This document shows, one piece after another, positions 49,836-63,777 of a DNA stretch of 64,000 nt. The DNA lies in the NCBI RefSeq assembly GCF_036321535.1, contig NC_087438.1, positions 5,768,001-5,832,000 of the forward strand. Reading direction: 5' to 3'. Below the pieces are notes generated by a model, which was not told the origin of the DNA, made no database searches, and saw only the letters and a list, made by a program, of their open reading frames with translations. A program made the translations under genes and the position numbers. Source of the stretch: Camelus dromedarius. Its lineage: Eukaryota. The number at the start of each line of letters is the position of its first letter. Positions within the stretch are counted from its first letter, which is position 1.

Positions 49836-52800
49836 AGTATATGTGAATTAGCAACACAGGAGAACTTGCTTTTCTAGTCATAGCAGCAAGTACCTGGTTC
49901 ATTCACAAGTGAACAAGGTGGGCTTCGGGAATTGCCCAAAAACAAGTGCCTAATTTGGAGGGGACATGAAATGAACAAAAGGGCTCATCAAATGTTCCCT
50001 GGGTAATCTGTAATCCACTCAAACTCTCAGAAGTGTCACAATAAAGTTCTGACATTGACAGGTCGATGTGTTTGGAAAAAAGCATTCTCTGATTTGTTTA
50101 ATTTCAAGCAAGTTTTTAATTTTAGGAGAGTGAATTTAATTACTCATTTTATAATGGTTAAAAATCTGGCATCTTTAAAAACAGGGACTGTTTGTTACAC
50201 ATGTTGCTTAATCTCACTTCACCTTGTCAAACTCATGGTCATTTAGCTGAAACTCTTAGGACTGAGAAAACTGTCTGTGTTGTTTCCTTAAGTAAATTTG
50301 GGGGATTTTGGTTGTCATCAGGGAGTGTTTTATCATGGTATTTATTAAATACACACATGCACACATACACACTTCACTTTTACAACAGGAAACCTCTTGT
50401 AATTGAAAGTCTTTGCAATTAATTTTGCAGAGACTATTCTAGGAAGACATTAAAAATAGAATATATCCTCCTTTTTTAAAGCCAATGAAAAATGTACTAC
50501 ACTCCCAACACTATAAATAAATATTTTGTAAAATTCTCCAGTTCTCAGCTTCAAATTATAATTTCTAGAGACTGTAGATGATTATTTATATATCCTAGAA
50601 GCAGATTTTTGATGGATTATCTTCTATAATCTATCATTTTTCTTTTCTTCCCATCTGTGTCATACATCATTTTTATACTTGACTGCAGAATTTCTGATGC
50701 TAAATTTTAGAAAATGTATAGTTTTGTGGCCATCTGCTATACCACATGATCGTGTGTACTGATATTACCTCTTTCTCAAGACACTCAAACTTCTTTAACA
50801 AAATTTGACATTTTCACTATGACAATCTTTCATATTTACAGGCTCTTCACTGTGATGTTTCAGAAAAACTGAAAGCAAATTTTGCATTTCTGTTCTCATG
50901 AAGGTGGATGATCATGTTTTATCTCAGATAATCACAGATCATTTCCCTTGCAGAGGAATATTTGGAAATATAAGTGATTGCATTTAGAAACAACTGCACA
51001 ATTACAGAGTTTGTTTTGTGACCTTTTCGATGAAGCCAATGTCATTTGTTGCCTTAGTGGTGACCTGTCTCATCAAAATCTTTAGATCATCTCCACCAGA
51101 TACCATGTAAGCATAGAACGCAATCAAGAAGGAAGAATGTTTCTGCTAATCAGCATGTGAGTGACTTTTCTCCAACTGTAAACCTCATAAAAGAAGGAAA
51201 GGGAAGGGAAAAAGAAAACTGGGGAGGGTTTCCCACCCACCTCCCCTAGCCTTGGGGATCTGGGGTTGGGGGGGCTTCAAAGGAGGAGGGTGGTGAGGGG
51301 GAGGGGGATGATTTTGGCTCAAATTGGCTTAAACCCTAATGGACTTCTCATGTCACATGTCTACTGGTCCTGAGGGAGTGGCTCCCTAGGCAGAAGGGCT
51401 CAGCTCTGCCCTCTGTTTCAGCCTGTGTCCCTGCTCTGCAGGCAGTAAGTGGGCTGCGGCAGTTGTAGCTTCACACCCCCTACCCACTAGCCATCCCACC
51501 ACCTACCTACCATCCAGAGGGAGAAAGGAGCCCTCTCTTCCCTCATCTTCTAGGAGCTAAGGCACATTTCCGGAATGCCTCGCGTCTCATTGGCCAACAC
51601 TGACCTGCAGGTTGGATAATAACTACGAATAAAAATGCCTGGCACAAGACAGTGCATCCTTCGATTACCTAGAATTTCAGCTGCAGCCAAGGAAGTCAGT
51701 CCTTGCAGGCTCAGATTTGGGCTGCAGCGTCTGTCTCAAGCACATGCCTCACTTGTTTTCCTCCCCAGGAACTCTCTGCAGCCTCAGGAGTTCACCCCAG
51801 GCCACACCTCCACCAACAGGGATCCCGTGACAGGAGGACACTTCTAGGAAGCGTCTCCGTAACCCTGGAGGAGGGAGTTTCACAGCCACAGCAGACCTCT
51901 CCTGACGGGGCTTTTCCTTCTTCCCTGCCTCGTCCCCTCATCCCTCCCACCTGAGCTGAGCAATAATCTCCCCGGGAAACTCTGTGAGCTAAGCCCTCAT
52001 CTCAGGCTCTCCAAGGGAGGCTCAGGCCAGCACGCCAGCTTGTCCTTGTGGACAAGGGCAGAGTGCCCTGGTGCGGCATGCAGTCTGAAATGAGGCTGGC
52101 ACCTGCACGCTTCTGAGGCTTTGATGGACTGAATTTTCTTGTGTTCAAAGGACGGGGGTGACCTTGTGCAGCCACGCACAGAGGGGTACTCACATCTACA
52201 TGATTTTTAACAGCCTCTTAGAATTATGCAGTGCACAACCTGCACACTGGATGCAGTGGCTTTGGGAGGGAGGGGTGTAGGCATCCCCTCTCAGGGGCAA
52301 CTGGATTCCTCGGGGCTTCTCCAAGAATCCTCTCTCTTTCTGGATTCTCAGTTACGTGAAGCTGCCAACAGTTGTCTGTCATTCTCAGTAAAGCTCAAAA
52401 AGGCTTTTTGGTTTGGGTGATTAATTTTAGCAGCTTCACTGTGGGTCATAGTTAACTGGAGTAAAAAAGTTGGTGCTTTTGCTTATACAAGACAAATTGC
52501 TCTTTTAATGATTTTTCTATTATTAGATGGGGTCACAGAGTGCTGTGGTGACACCTATGGTCCTACCAAATCCACAGTTGAATAATTGAATGCAATTAAT
52601 TAAATTAATTACAGCAATTTGTGAGCTCCTATTCCATATGAGACTCAGCAGCAGATTATACGCATGTTGAGGTGGGAGAGGGCTTGTGTGGAAACTTCTG
52701 AAGCAACATCAGCCACCACCTGGGCTAGGAGCTCTCTGAATGATGTAGAGAATAAGGAACCTGGTCATTCCAACATATTTACAATTTGTTTTTTAACCTT

Positions 52801-52874
52801 ACATAGTTTACAAAGCTAAAGCTCTAAATAGTTATTAGAAACAATGAACAGTACATATACGTAAATTAAAAAAA

Positions 52875-53150
52875 AGAAATATCCAGAATAGATAAATCCA
52901 AAAAGAGAGAATGCATATTCCTGGTTACCAGGGGCTGGGAGGAGGTACCAAAAGAGGGAAAGTGCTTAATGTGTAAGAGGTTTTATTTTGGGTGATGGAA
53001 ATATTTTGGAACTAGATAGAAGTGGTGTTTGCACAACATTGTCAATGTACTGAACGCCACTGAATTGTTTATTTTAAAATGGTTAATTTCTAGATTGTGA
53101 ATTTCATCTTAGTAAATTATTTAAATGAAAAAATTAAAAATTAAAAAAAT
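52875..53150 (+). mobile_element. L1MB-type 3' end with A-rich tail
   Basis: tccagaatagataaatcca...tggttaccaggggctggga...ggtgatggaaatattttggaactagatagaagtggtgtttgcacaacattgtcaatgtactgaacgccactgaattg. Confidence 0.85.
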
Positions 53151-53204
53151 TGTTTTCCTACTTGCAAATAAATATAGCATATAAAGTAAGATTTGGTTTT
53201 AATA

Positions 53205-53395
53205 AATAATTATAAAATAGCTAATATTGAGTATTTATTATGCTTTGTAAACCATGGTGATAAGTTTTTTACATGGATAGTTTTATACAATACTAACAAA
53301 CAAACTAACAAGGTAAGCTCAGTTTCCAGATGAAAAATTAAAATCACAGAGAGGTCAAGGAACATGCCCAAGGTCACACAGCTGGGCAACTCTCT
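53205..53395 (-). mobile_element. MIR SINE
   Basis: ccagatgaaaaattaaaatcacagagaggtcaaggaacatgcccaaggtcacacagct. Confidence 0.75.
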
Positions 53396-54604
53396 AAACC
53401 TTAGTCCATCTCAATACCTTCAGAGAAGAAACATTCAAATATCATGGGAATTTTGAGTTAGTAAGCTCATATTAATATAAGGGCATAAAATGTGAGATCC
53501 AAATAATAGACTGATAAATTTTAAAAGTGAAAATAATAAATGTAAAGAGACGTAACCATTAGCCTGGTGTATGTTGTTTCTAATACATTATACTACTCGT
53601 TATGTATTTCTCACAGGGTATTCAACACAGTATTCCATTTACTATTGCTTATGGAATGCTGCAGTATATTTGAGATCTACAAGCATGTAATGACAAGTTG
53701 CTATCTTGCACAATTGAGTAATCAATTAAAATTGATTATAAAACAACTTGTGAAAAGTCTATAAACCTTGAAGGCATTTTAACATGAGTTTGAAAGCCCC
53801 CTGTCCTTTCCCACCCTCTTTCCCAAGGCTCCCTCCTTTCTCCTTGGGATGTCATGAAGGACCATGTGGCCATGATGAATGGTCTCCAGATGCCATGTGT
53901 CAGCTCTGGACGGTATTACTGCAATTCGGCAGACATTCAATGCATTTTCAATTAAATACTCTATATGCAAGTATGTTTGGAGGAAAGGCTTTTTAAAAAA
54001 TAATTCTGCTAAAATAACCTTGAAAAAAATCATAAAATGATGAAACATATTTCTTCCTATGCCACCAATTAGTCACAACTATTGAAAAATTATCAATGTC
54101 AGAAGTCAGGTTCCAATGCTTAAAATAAAGCTTCTCTACAATATTTAAAATATCTTCAATTTATAAAAGATACATTTGCTTTTTATTTGTTCATGTATAT
54201 TTAAAAAAATTATAAATCTTTGTTGGAAGGCCAGAGGTTAATTTGAGAATCCAAATTTCCAAAAAGAATAAGGTAAGGCTCTTTGCAGATTATGACTTAA
54301 AGAAAAAGACTTTTATGAATCTCAAAAAAGTTTAATTCTACTAACTATGCTTTTTAAAATTTGGCCGGTTCATGTCTTGCTGGCTTCAGACAAATTCATC
54401 TAACACTTTACAGAAAAAAAAAATCAAAGGTAAAGCAAATCAAAATTTACCTTTTTGGGCTTTTTAACAGGCCTGTTTTGGTGTGATGTTTGCTCCGACC
54501 AACTGATTTATCAGTGTGTGTTCCTGCATTTTCTGAGTCAGCCACAGCATGTGAGGGAGAAGAACCCTTGGCATGAAAGCTGGAACGTAGGCCTTGCTTT
54601 GCAA

Positions 54605-54700
54605 TCTGCAGAGTTTTAGATAAGTGACTAGGTTTCTCTGGGCCTCAGTTTCCTCATCTGGAAAATAAGGAGCATGTGAGATGAGGCACATTTTTTAAAG
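54605..54700 (+). mobile_element. MIR core
   Basis: tctctgggcctcagtttcctcatctggaaaataagg. Confidence 0.7.
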
Positions 54701-55837
54701 TATTTGGTAAGCCTTAATGTGCTAAACAAGAGTGAGGTATTTTGTAATACTCATTAATATTCGTATCACAACTTTATTTAAGCTCACAATGATCATTACG
54801 TTTAGGTTCACATTTATCCTCAGTGGCATTATTTGACACAATTTATAGTGCATCTTACCAATTCTGATTAACCTTCAGAGAATCCCTTTGCCAGCATGTT
54901 TTGTTTTAAGGTCTGTATGACTTTTAAGGGTCTTCTGTGGTTATTCTTCCAGACCAGGAAGGTTCATTCTTTCATGTGCCACGTTGATATCTCTGATCAC
55001 AGCCTCTGGCCATCCATTTCACTTTCTGTGTGAAATTTCAATAAGGGTGTAGGTTTTGAAACACCAGCACTGTTTCTGTGTTTGTAATGCCCTTGGTATA
55101 TCTGTCCCAACACTTACTTCTTATTCTTTAACGTGTCTGGTAAACTTTTGAGGGAAACTGACTTATGCTATGTTGAGAAGCTATTCTGTTTACCTAGCAT
55201 AAATATTCAAGATTCTTCTTAATTTCAAATGTTGTAATTTTCAAAGGTAATATAAAACTTCAGGTACTATATTTATAATAACGTATGGTGTTTATTATTA
55301 AATATTAAATATTTAGTAATTAGTTACAATAATATAAAAATTCATGTTCTTAATGAGTTTGTCTTCAATTAAATTTCCTTGCTGTTGATAATTCCCTAAT
55401 GTTCCTCTCATTGCCAGCTGAATAGACCTGATCTTAATATTATGAAGATCTGAGAATTTAAAGCGAATGAATTTTTTTAAATAAAAACTGAATTAATGAG
55501 TATGAAGAAAAACTCGTACTGAAGTGCTCTGAATGTGACACCTTCTGCCAGAACCTCACAGATGTCACCACCCTTGATATTTACAGTGGTTCTGGGAGGG
55601 AGGGACTGTTGCCTCCGTCTCAGAGAAGGAGGCTGGACCTCAGAAATACCACCTGACTTGTCATCCAGCTAGATACTGACAAAGGATCAAATTCGTGACT
55701 TGAAATTAATAAATCACATATACTTAGAGCTAGTTTCCATAAAAGAGCACTTCAAATCAAACAAACTTTGTGACTGAACATTTGAAAACTGTAGCTGGAA
55801 TATACAGATCAAATGTGTTACAAAATCTGTGTGACTG

Positions 55838-57197
55838 CTTATTGATTTAAGTATAGATGATTTACAATATTATATTAGTTTTAGGTGTCCTATATAGTGA
55901 TTCAATATTTTTATAGATTATACTCAACTTGAAGCTACTATAAAATACTGGCTAAGTCCCCAGTGCTGTACAATACATCGTTGTAGTTGGTTTTATACTT
56001 AGTAGGTTGTGCTTCTTAATCCCCTACCCATGTTTCACCCCTACCCCCTTCTGTGTCCCTGCTGGTAACCAGTAGTTTGTTCTCTATAACTGTAAGTCTG
56101 TTTCTGTTTTGTTATATTCAATAACTTGTTTCATGTTTTAGATTCCAGGTAAGTGTTAATATATAATATTTTTCATTCCCTGTCTGCCATATTTCACTAA
56201 ACATAATACCCTCCAAGTCCATTCATGTTGTTGCAAATGGCAAAATTTCACTTTTATGACTGAGTAATATTCCATTGTATATATATGCCACATCTTCTTT
56301 ATCCATTCATTCACTGAGGGTCACTTACATTGCTTTCATATCTTGGCTGTTGTAAACAAAACTGCTCTGAACATTGAATGCATGTATCTTTTCAAATTAG
56401 TGTTTTTTTTTTTCTTTAGATATATACACAGGAATTGTGGACCACATGGTAGTTCTGTTTTTAGGGTCTTTTTTGAGGAAACTCCATACTGTTTTCCACA
56501 GTGTCTACACCAATTTACATTCCCATCCGAAGTGTACAAGGGTTCCCTAGTCCCCATATCTTCTCCAGTCTTTTTGATGATAGACATTCTGACAGGTGTG
56601 AGGTGATAGCTCACTGTGGTTTTGATTTGCACTTCTCTGATGATTAATGATGCTGAGGATCTTTTCATGTGCCTGTTGGCCATCTGCATGTCTTCTTTAG
56701 AAAAATGTGTATTCAGATCTTCTGCCCATTTTAAAATAGGGTTGTTTGTTTTCTGATATTGAGTCATATGAGTTGTTTATATATTTTGGATATTAACCCC
56801 TTATTGGTCATATCATTTGTAAATATTTTCTCCCACTCAGTTGGTGTCTTTTGTTTTTGTCAATGGTTTCCTTTGCTGTGTAAATGTTTTTAAATTTAAT
56901 TAGGTCCAACTTATTTATTTTTGCTTTTGTTTCTTTTGCCTTAGGAGACAGATTAAAAAAAATATTGGTATGATTTATGTCAAAGAGTGTCCTGCCTATG
57001 TTTTCTTCTAGGAGTTGTATGGTTTTTGGTTTTACATTTAGGTTTTTAATTCATTTTGAGATTATTTTTATATGGTGTAAAAAAATGTTCTAATTTCATT
57101 CTTTTGCATGCAGCTGTCCAGTGTTCCCAGTACCACTTATTGAAGAGACCATCTTTTCTCCATTGTATATTCTTGCTTCCTTTGTCATAGATGAATT
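55838..57197 (-). mobile_element. 5'-truncated L1 (ORF2 C-terminus plus 3'UTR)
   Basis: ORF 56336-56767 is the L1 ORF2 C-terminal region ([46 protein letters not shown]...YHLTPVRM); L1 3'UTR runs to about 55838. Confidence 0.95.
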
Positions 57198-59574
57198 TTT
57201 TGTATTTCTACATAAGGAAAGAGATTGATCACTTATGCCAATTACATCTTTAGGAAGTAGAAACTCCAGTAGAAAATAGTTGGTAGAAAAAGAACACAAA
57301 CTTAAAACTCCAACTAGAATCATTAGAGATTTATGTAAAGATCTCCTGGATTTTAAAACTGGTGTAGCATTTATTTTATTAGCTATTTATTAATCATTAA
57401 AAATAAACACAGACAACAAATTCAGTACCATCTTGAGGAAGTACTTAATCATTTACATTTATAATCACAAGAAAACATATGTATATATATATGAGATATG
57501 TTACTCTTTCCTTAATATAGTTTTTGTTACAGTAAAATACTTTATGGATGTAACTGTTGAAGTTGTAAGCGAGTATAAATAAATGATGTAACGTGTTCAG
57601 ATTCTTAGTACTACAAAGCTCTTAGAAACTAAATGGCAAAAGATTAAAAAAATCAACTCTACTGGGTGCTAGTCCTGTTGTTTCCCAGGAGACGAGACAA
57701 ATTCCATGTGGGACTGTAGACCCCAGTCCCCAGACATTTGTTCAGGAAGTGACATGCTTCAGCAAAGGGTAGAGTTACCACAATCGATTTATCTTCCTAG
57801 AACATGTGCATGCTCACTGTAATTAACATGAATTACCTTCACATTTATAAAAGTAGTTTTAACTCTGAACATCTGAAGTGTCAACAAATATTTCATCCTA
57901 CATAAAAACTAAGATTTTTCTTGATCCGAAGTTAGTTCAGACTGACCTGGGAACCAGTGCCTCTATAATCAGTAATAGATTCTACTGAAGCTACTGCAAT
58001 ACTTTTGCCAGTGTGAAGGAAAAGAAGCCTAACTGCAAATCCCAGTAACAGAAGTCTCTTTGGGTTGGGAGTAAATCTGACATAGCACCTCTAACTTCCT
58101 CTTCTCTTTGAACCTCCCAAGGCTCTATGAGTTGTCTGATTTTTCCATCTCACAAAAATAAGCTTTACAGCAACACAAAAACACTGCTCAGCCTCATGAA
58201 CCAAGGAGCCAAAGTGCTGCAAAGGCAAACTAGAAAGATCAGGGAGGGAGTATGCCAAACCAGACCTTCTCGGGCTGGACCTCGCCACCAAAATATCCCC
58301 ACTGTCTCTGCATCACTCTGCAGTGCCAGCACCAGGGGCAGGCGAATGAGGTGAGAGCCCAGCAGCTTTCTGTGCTCAGACGTTCTGACAGATGGCACAG
58401 GAAGAGCAACAAGGGGCCTTTGGGAAGGCGAATGCACAAATAGAACTTTATTTGAGCATTTAAGTGTTAAAAGAAATAGGATCTGTGGAGGCAGAGAAAA
58501 ACGAAGCCATAAATTGTGATTTATTTCCTCTGAATTATCAACCTGCTCTGACTTCAGGGTTCTCTTTCCTTCACAGTGTGTCAGGTTCACCCTGAGCTCT
58601 ATACCTTAGTGTGCGCTTAGAATGGAAACTCCCTCCGTTTTTCTAGACCAACTATAGTGACCAGAATTAAGTAGTCTAACATTTTTCTCATAGCTCAGAA
58701 ATCTGAACTGAGAAATTTCTAGGGTAAGTCTGCTTAGCTCAGGAAGCCTACAGGCTACTCTGACCATTCAGTATTTCCTTTGGACATTCTCATTAACGAG
58801 AGACATTTGTATGATTCGTAGTATCTCATGTACACAGAAGATCTAGTGTTTGCAGAGCATCTAGTGTGTTCAAGGCATTTAAAGTGTATCTTGCATGCTC
58901 CAGGCATTTGGGAGTGAAAGCATCGAGTGTGTGCTGACTCTGGACTCCCAGCCCTAGAATGTCGGCTGGGGAATGAGGAGGTCTCTACTCACCACACTGC
59001 AGTCTGCACAGTCAGGCCCGTTCTCGCAGGTTCTGCGGCGAGCTTGAAGGCCACCCGTACACCGCACCTTCCACTGTTCCCAGGGACCCCAGCCTGTCCA
59101 GAACATGTATCAGGGGCACAGCAGGTGCTCACTGCAGTATCTGTACTGCGGAAACCAAGAGGAAGAGAAAAGGTTTAGTGTAACGTGAGGCCACAGACAA
59201 TGTCACTCTCCGTCTCTGCACTGGATGTTGAATACACGGAAGTGCTCTGCGTGGAGGGGCCTTTTGTATCCGTAGTGGCTGCACCGCGAAAGGGGCCGAT
59301 GTGGCGCTGACCATGCGACATGTGCACAGACAATGGGATGCGCGGGAGACAATGAGGAAAATGCAAAACTCACAATGCGGGATGGATCTTCCCGTGCAGC
59401 TGATTAGAGAAACAAACAAGACAAACCCCTTCAAATAGACACGAAAACAGAGGATCATGTAGAAAAACATGCACATAGAACATGCATAGTCTAAATATGC
59501 AAGTTAAAAACTAAAGTAGGATTATAATATTAAGCCAGGAAAGAAAGCACTCTCTCTGTATTTATACATGCATG

Positions 59575-59650
59575 CACACACACACATATTTTATTTTATA
59601 TATATATATATCATATATATATGATATATATATATATATCTCATATATTT
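59575..59650. repeat. (CA)n/(TA)n microsatellite containing a 42-bp perfect palindrome
   Basis: (TA)7 TC (AT)5 GA (TA)7 at 59597-59638. Confidence 0.9.
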
Positions 59651-62179
59651 CTATAATTAAAAAATGCTAAACCATGGTTTTTTGGAGTAAGTCTATCCTA
59701 TATATTTGGATTTGTAAGTTTTACATTTAACTAATTCTTAAATAAACATCTCAGAATGCTGTCAGACAATCTTTGAAACATTCCAACAAATACTCAATAA
59801 AGAACTAAATCCCTATCTTTGAATAATGACCCTACTTTTCAATTTTTGAACACTTCTGTGTATGCCTCTATATTTCCAGTTTTTAGCCATATATCCAAAG
59901 TGCTGTTTATCCTTACAGTTAGTCATTCTCTCCACTCTTTGTAAATGTAAAATGCATTTCAAACTAAAATTTCCATGTGAAATGTGTAATAAAAAAGGAA
60001 AAGGAAAAATAATTCTCCAGTTCAAAGCCTCTAGGAATAAGTTTGAATATTCAGTGTTTGAGAATTCAGTGAGACATATTCAGTGATCCTAACAAGTTAT
60101 TTAAATTTAATAGTTTGTGTACTTAGTCTACTAAGAGAAAAGATTTCTAGGGAACAATGGGATATCTTTTTCTCCTCTTTCCCTCCCAGATCACCCTCCT
60201 TTAGAAATAAGCAGCAAAGTTTCCTATTTTCTAGGCTAAGTTAATCACCTTTAATATCATCACTGTTAATTATGGCTTAACACTGCAGGACAGTATGCAG
60301 AGGGAATTGGAAAAGTCTCTTCCTGACCACAGATGCTCATCTGTCAAGATGAACACAAGAAAATGGACAAAATCCCAGGATGTGCAGGACAGAAACAGTG
60401 TGTTAGCACAGCAATATCGCTGCATCTTCACAGGCCAAAGGAAATGCATCTTTGAAGTAGAATAAGGGAAAAATGATAGCTAGTAACTACAAAAGGTAAT
60501 TTGGGGTGTACAGTTCCTGACAGCCAATCCAGGGAAATGACAACTCCTTTTCCTTGAAATCAGAAAAACTTCCTGATACAAGGTAGAATGTAATGTCAAG
60601 TTGAAGGCTATCCACAGGGTGAGGCATCTTGAGCATCAGGTGGTGTTTTAAAGAAAGATGGAAGATAGAAATAGTAAGACTGAAGTAAAAAATGTTGCTT
60701 AGGAGAAGAGAGAAAGAAAGGAAATGATAAACAAACTGGGGTAACCATTTTTTATGACATAGTGAGGATAAGCTTGAACTGGACTTTTAAGGAATCGAGA
60801 AGGTTCCACAAAGCTCCAGGTTTAAATAGCACTGTCAGAGTTAAATAGTGAAGGCTTATCTCCAGGAGTTGGTATGTCAGCTTCTGGTGTCCAAGAGTCC
60901 TGAGGCTTCAGGAGCTGACTGTGTTGCAGTGTGAGGTCTGAGCCCTCAGACAGATGAGGCCACCAGCTGGAAGAGCTCATGGAGCAAACATAAGCCAGTC
61001 TTTGATGTGGAACTTTCATACTGAATCAGGAGAATAGACACAAATGCCGAATTCCAAACAGCAAGATTGCAATTTAACTGTGTGTCAACATAACCAAAAT
61101 CAGGAATGTGTTGAAGTTGGAATCAGGGCAAACCAATGAACGAAGACCAAGAAAATGTTGTTCAGGAATGTTGGTATCCCTGCTCACATTAAGTATGAGA
61201 GGCTCTGGCAAGGGAGTGTGTCTTCTGAGGTTTCTATGTGCTAGTTGAGAAGACATTATCACAATCAAAGTGAGAGATAATAAATACCTAGACAAATGTG
61301 ATGGTTGTCATATGAGAGAGAGGATTTGTCACCTGTAGGACTATGTTAAGTAAAACAAACAAATCAAGAAAAAGCAATAATGCAAAAATCAAGGTCTCAT
61401 CTTGAAAGAGGAAGGTGTTCTTAGTTTCAGAGAAAGATTGTTTGGTATGTCATGATTGAGGATCTTCTAGAGAGCCAGGATATCAATTAGTTCAATAGAT
61501 ACCATATAATGAGTACATTTCTGTAAACACTTAAATATAGGAATAACCTATGTATATTGCCCAACTATCCTTTCTGTTCTCTTTTGTCTTCATCTTCTAA
61601 GATCAAAGGGAAATGTTAGACTTTCCTCTCAAGATAACGTGTTCTCCCACTGCCCTGACTCTCTGTGGCTAAGACCTTTGGAATTCTTATTTTCTCATAT
61701 ATCCTCATGTACTAAGGAAAAGGGAAGTTCTCTGCTAGTTAAGAGAGAGTAGTTTCTGGATAGAAGTTTTGAAGCCAGGTTATAAAAAAAGGCAAAATAA
61801 AATCAAAGATACAATTGAGTGAAAGAATATGACCTTAGGAAGAATATGCAAATGTACATGCTGAGTTAAAATAAGTAAAACTTACCAACTACTCAGTAAA
61901 TATTAACATACGTGTTGGAGCATGTAGTATTACAGGAAGAAATTGGGATTTATTTTCAGAACTTTTTAAAGTCAAAAATGCTGACAGAACTCTCAGCATC
62001 TTAGTTCCAAATATCCCTGTGTAATTTCTCTCACTGAAAGTAGAACAGGAAATGGAAAACAGCTGACTCACCGCCATTTAAAAGCTATAAGATGCCTAAG
62101 ATTCTATGACATTAATTTCAGCTTCAATAAAAGGAGCGGGTAAGAAGGGCAAATAATAATCTTTCTTTAAAATGCTCAT

Positions 62180-63721
62180 AAAAGTCTTGACTTTTAATAA
62201 AGAGAGGGCAGTTGAGCTACCATTTTTTCCCACAGAAAAATAAACCACACTGTACAAGAACCTTCATACTGCCTATAGCAGGACACTTCTGAAAACACTT
62301 GATGTATTTTTATAGTTATGGAAAAAAAAAAGACAAAATGCAACAAAACACAAACTGCAAAATAACTCTGAAAGGTACATGTAGTATGGAGTTTTCAGGC
62401 AGTTTTATTATCTATTAGGCTGCATTTCAAGCTTAGAAAAAATTGCCTTTCTTTTTTTCCTCTTCATTTTTTAAGTTCCTTTTTCCTTTAAGCCATCATT
62501 TCTACAGCGGTCCTCCGAAACAAGCCACAGAAGGATGTGTTAAAATGCTACCCTCTGAAATTGCAGGATGTCTAACTAGGAGGTCAGAAGGGAAACAAAG
62601 TTGCTACATTAGCTCCATTCCTTTGTGTTGGGGTTTTCACTCAGGAGCCCGACCTCGGAGAGACTGCTCAGAGTCCAAGCCCTTACACAGGCCAACTGTG
62701 GATTCTCCACAACTGTGAGAAAGCAGTTTCTCTCAGACCTCCTCTCCCCCTACCCCAAGCAACCTGCGCTCCTGCGAGAGTGGTTTCGTGTAACCATTGA
62801 TCACAGACAACTGTGGGGATGGGAACTTAGTTACTCCACAGACTTTGATGCTGCTTGTTTTAGGGGTTTTTGTTTGTTTCAATGGACAAATATCTATACA
62901 TTGGATAAGTGCTTGGGATTTCAGTCCTGCAGTCTTCTGCACACTATTGAGTTTTACCAAATAAAAGTCATTTAAAAAATTTTTTACTGGATCTCTTGGG
63001 CCTCTAGCATTTTAAAACATGGGAAGTCACAGATGTATTTCAGGATGCATTAAAAATTAAAATCGTAATTTTCCTACATGATGGTTTATTCTCATTTTGC
63101 ATTTAAAAGCAATTATTATTTCCCCATAAATTATCCATTTTCTATAATCTTAGTCTCTGCTAAAGAAATTTGTTTATAATCCCATATAAACTATATTTAT
63201 CAAAACCACTTCACATTTTATTTCATACATCTTTATGATATAAATTGTGTTTGGTTTTTATCATCCATATCATTTGTTAGTTAGAATTCCATTTTTCTTT
63301 CATTAATGAAATGAATTATAAATTCTACTTCTGTAAACAAATTTTAAATACATATGCTCTTCAACCAAGCTTGCCATTCCAGTGTTCCCTGAAGACGGCT
63401 TTACACAGCGTGGCACGTGGATACCCCGAGTACACATGTAACTGGAGTGAAGGAGCTTGATTCTTGCTCTGTGACCCTCTGCGCAGCCTGGGGAAGGTCA
63501 CGGCGGGGAGAGTGCCACGATTCCCCAGGCAGCCCAGCAAAGTGGGCATTTTAGAGGGTTTCAAAACCTTCAACCAATCTTAAAATGTACAAGGTTCTAA
63601 AATAGCAAGGAGATGACTCAATCCATGAATGGCTTTCCACTTGTCAACTGGGGCTAGACAGGATGGGTCCTGACCTAGGACTGTGCCCTGGGATTCCCTC
63701 ACAAATAGCAAGCCCTGTTTG
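62180..63721 (-). other. Probable 3'UTR of the unidentified minus-strand gene entering from the right
   Basis: No recognisable repeats; AU-rich tract downstream of the terminal-exon candidate. Minus-strand AATAAA at about 63217-63222 and 63085-63090, ATTAAA at about 62192-62197. Confidence 0.4.
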
Positions 63722-63777
63722 TCAACACTGTCCTTCTGTTCCACTTTTTGTGAAAATACAGGCATCTTCATTGGTAC
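63722..63777 (-). CDS. Candidate coding part of a terminal exon (xTNEDACIFTKSGTEGQC-stop); upstream exons lie beyond the window
   Basis: Strong acceptor ccctttctttcttcactatgttctccag|GTACCAATG. The phase-1 frame gives a protein-like C-terminus ending TGA at 63722-24; alternative frames give xYQ* or the 63580-63771 ORF. A UTR-like tract follows. Confidence 0.4.

Noticed and set aside
58165..58590. 141-aa minus-strand ORF
   Set aside because: No recognisable domain, overlaps similar-length ORFs in other frames, no splice support.
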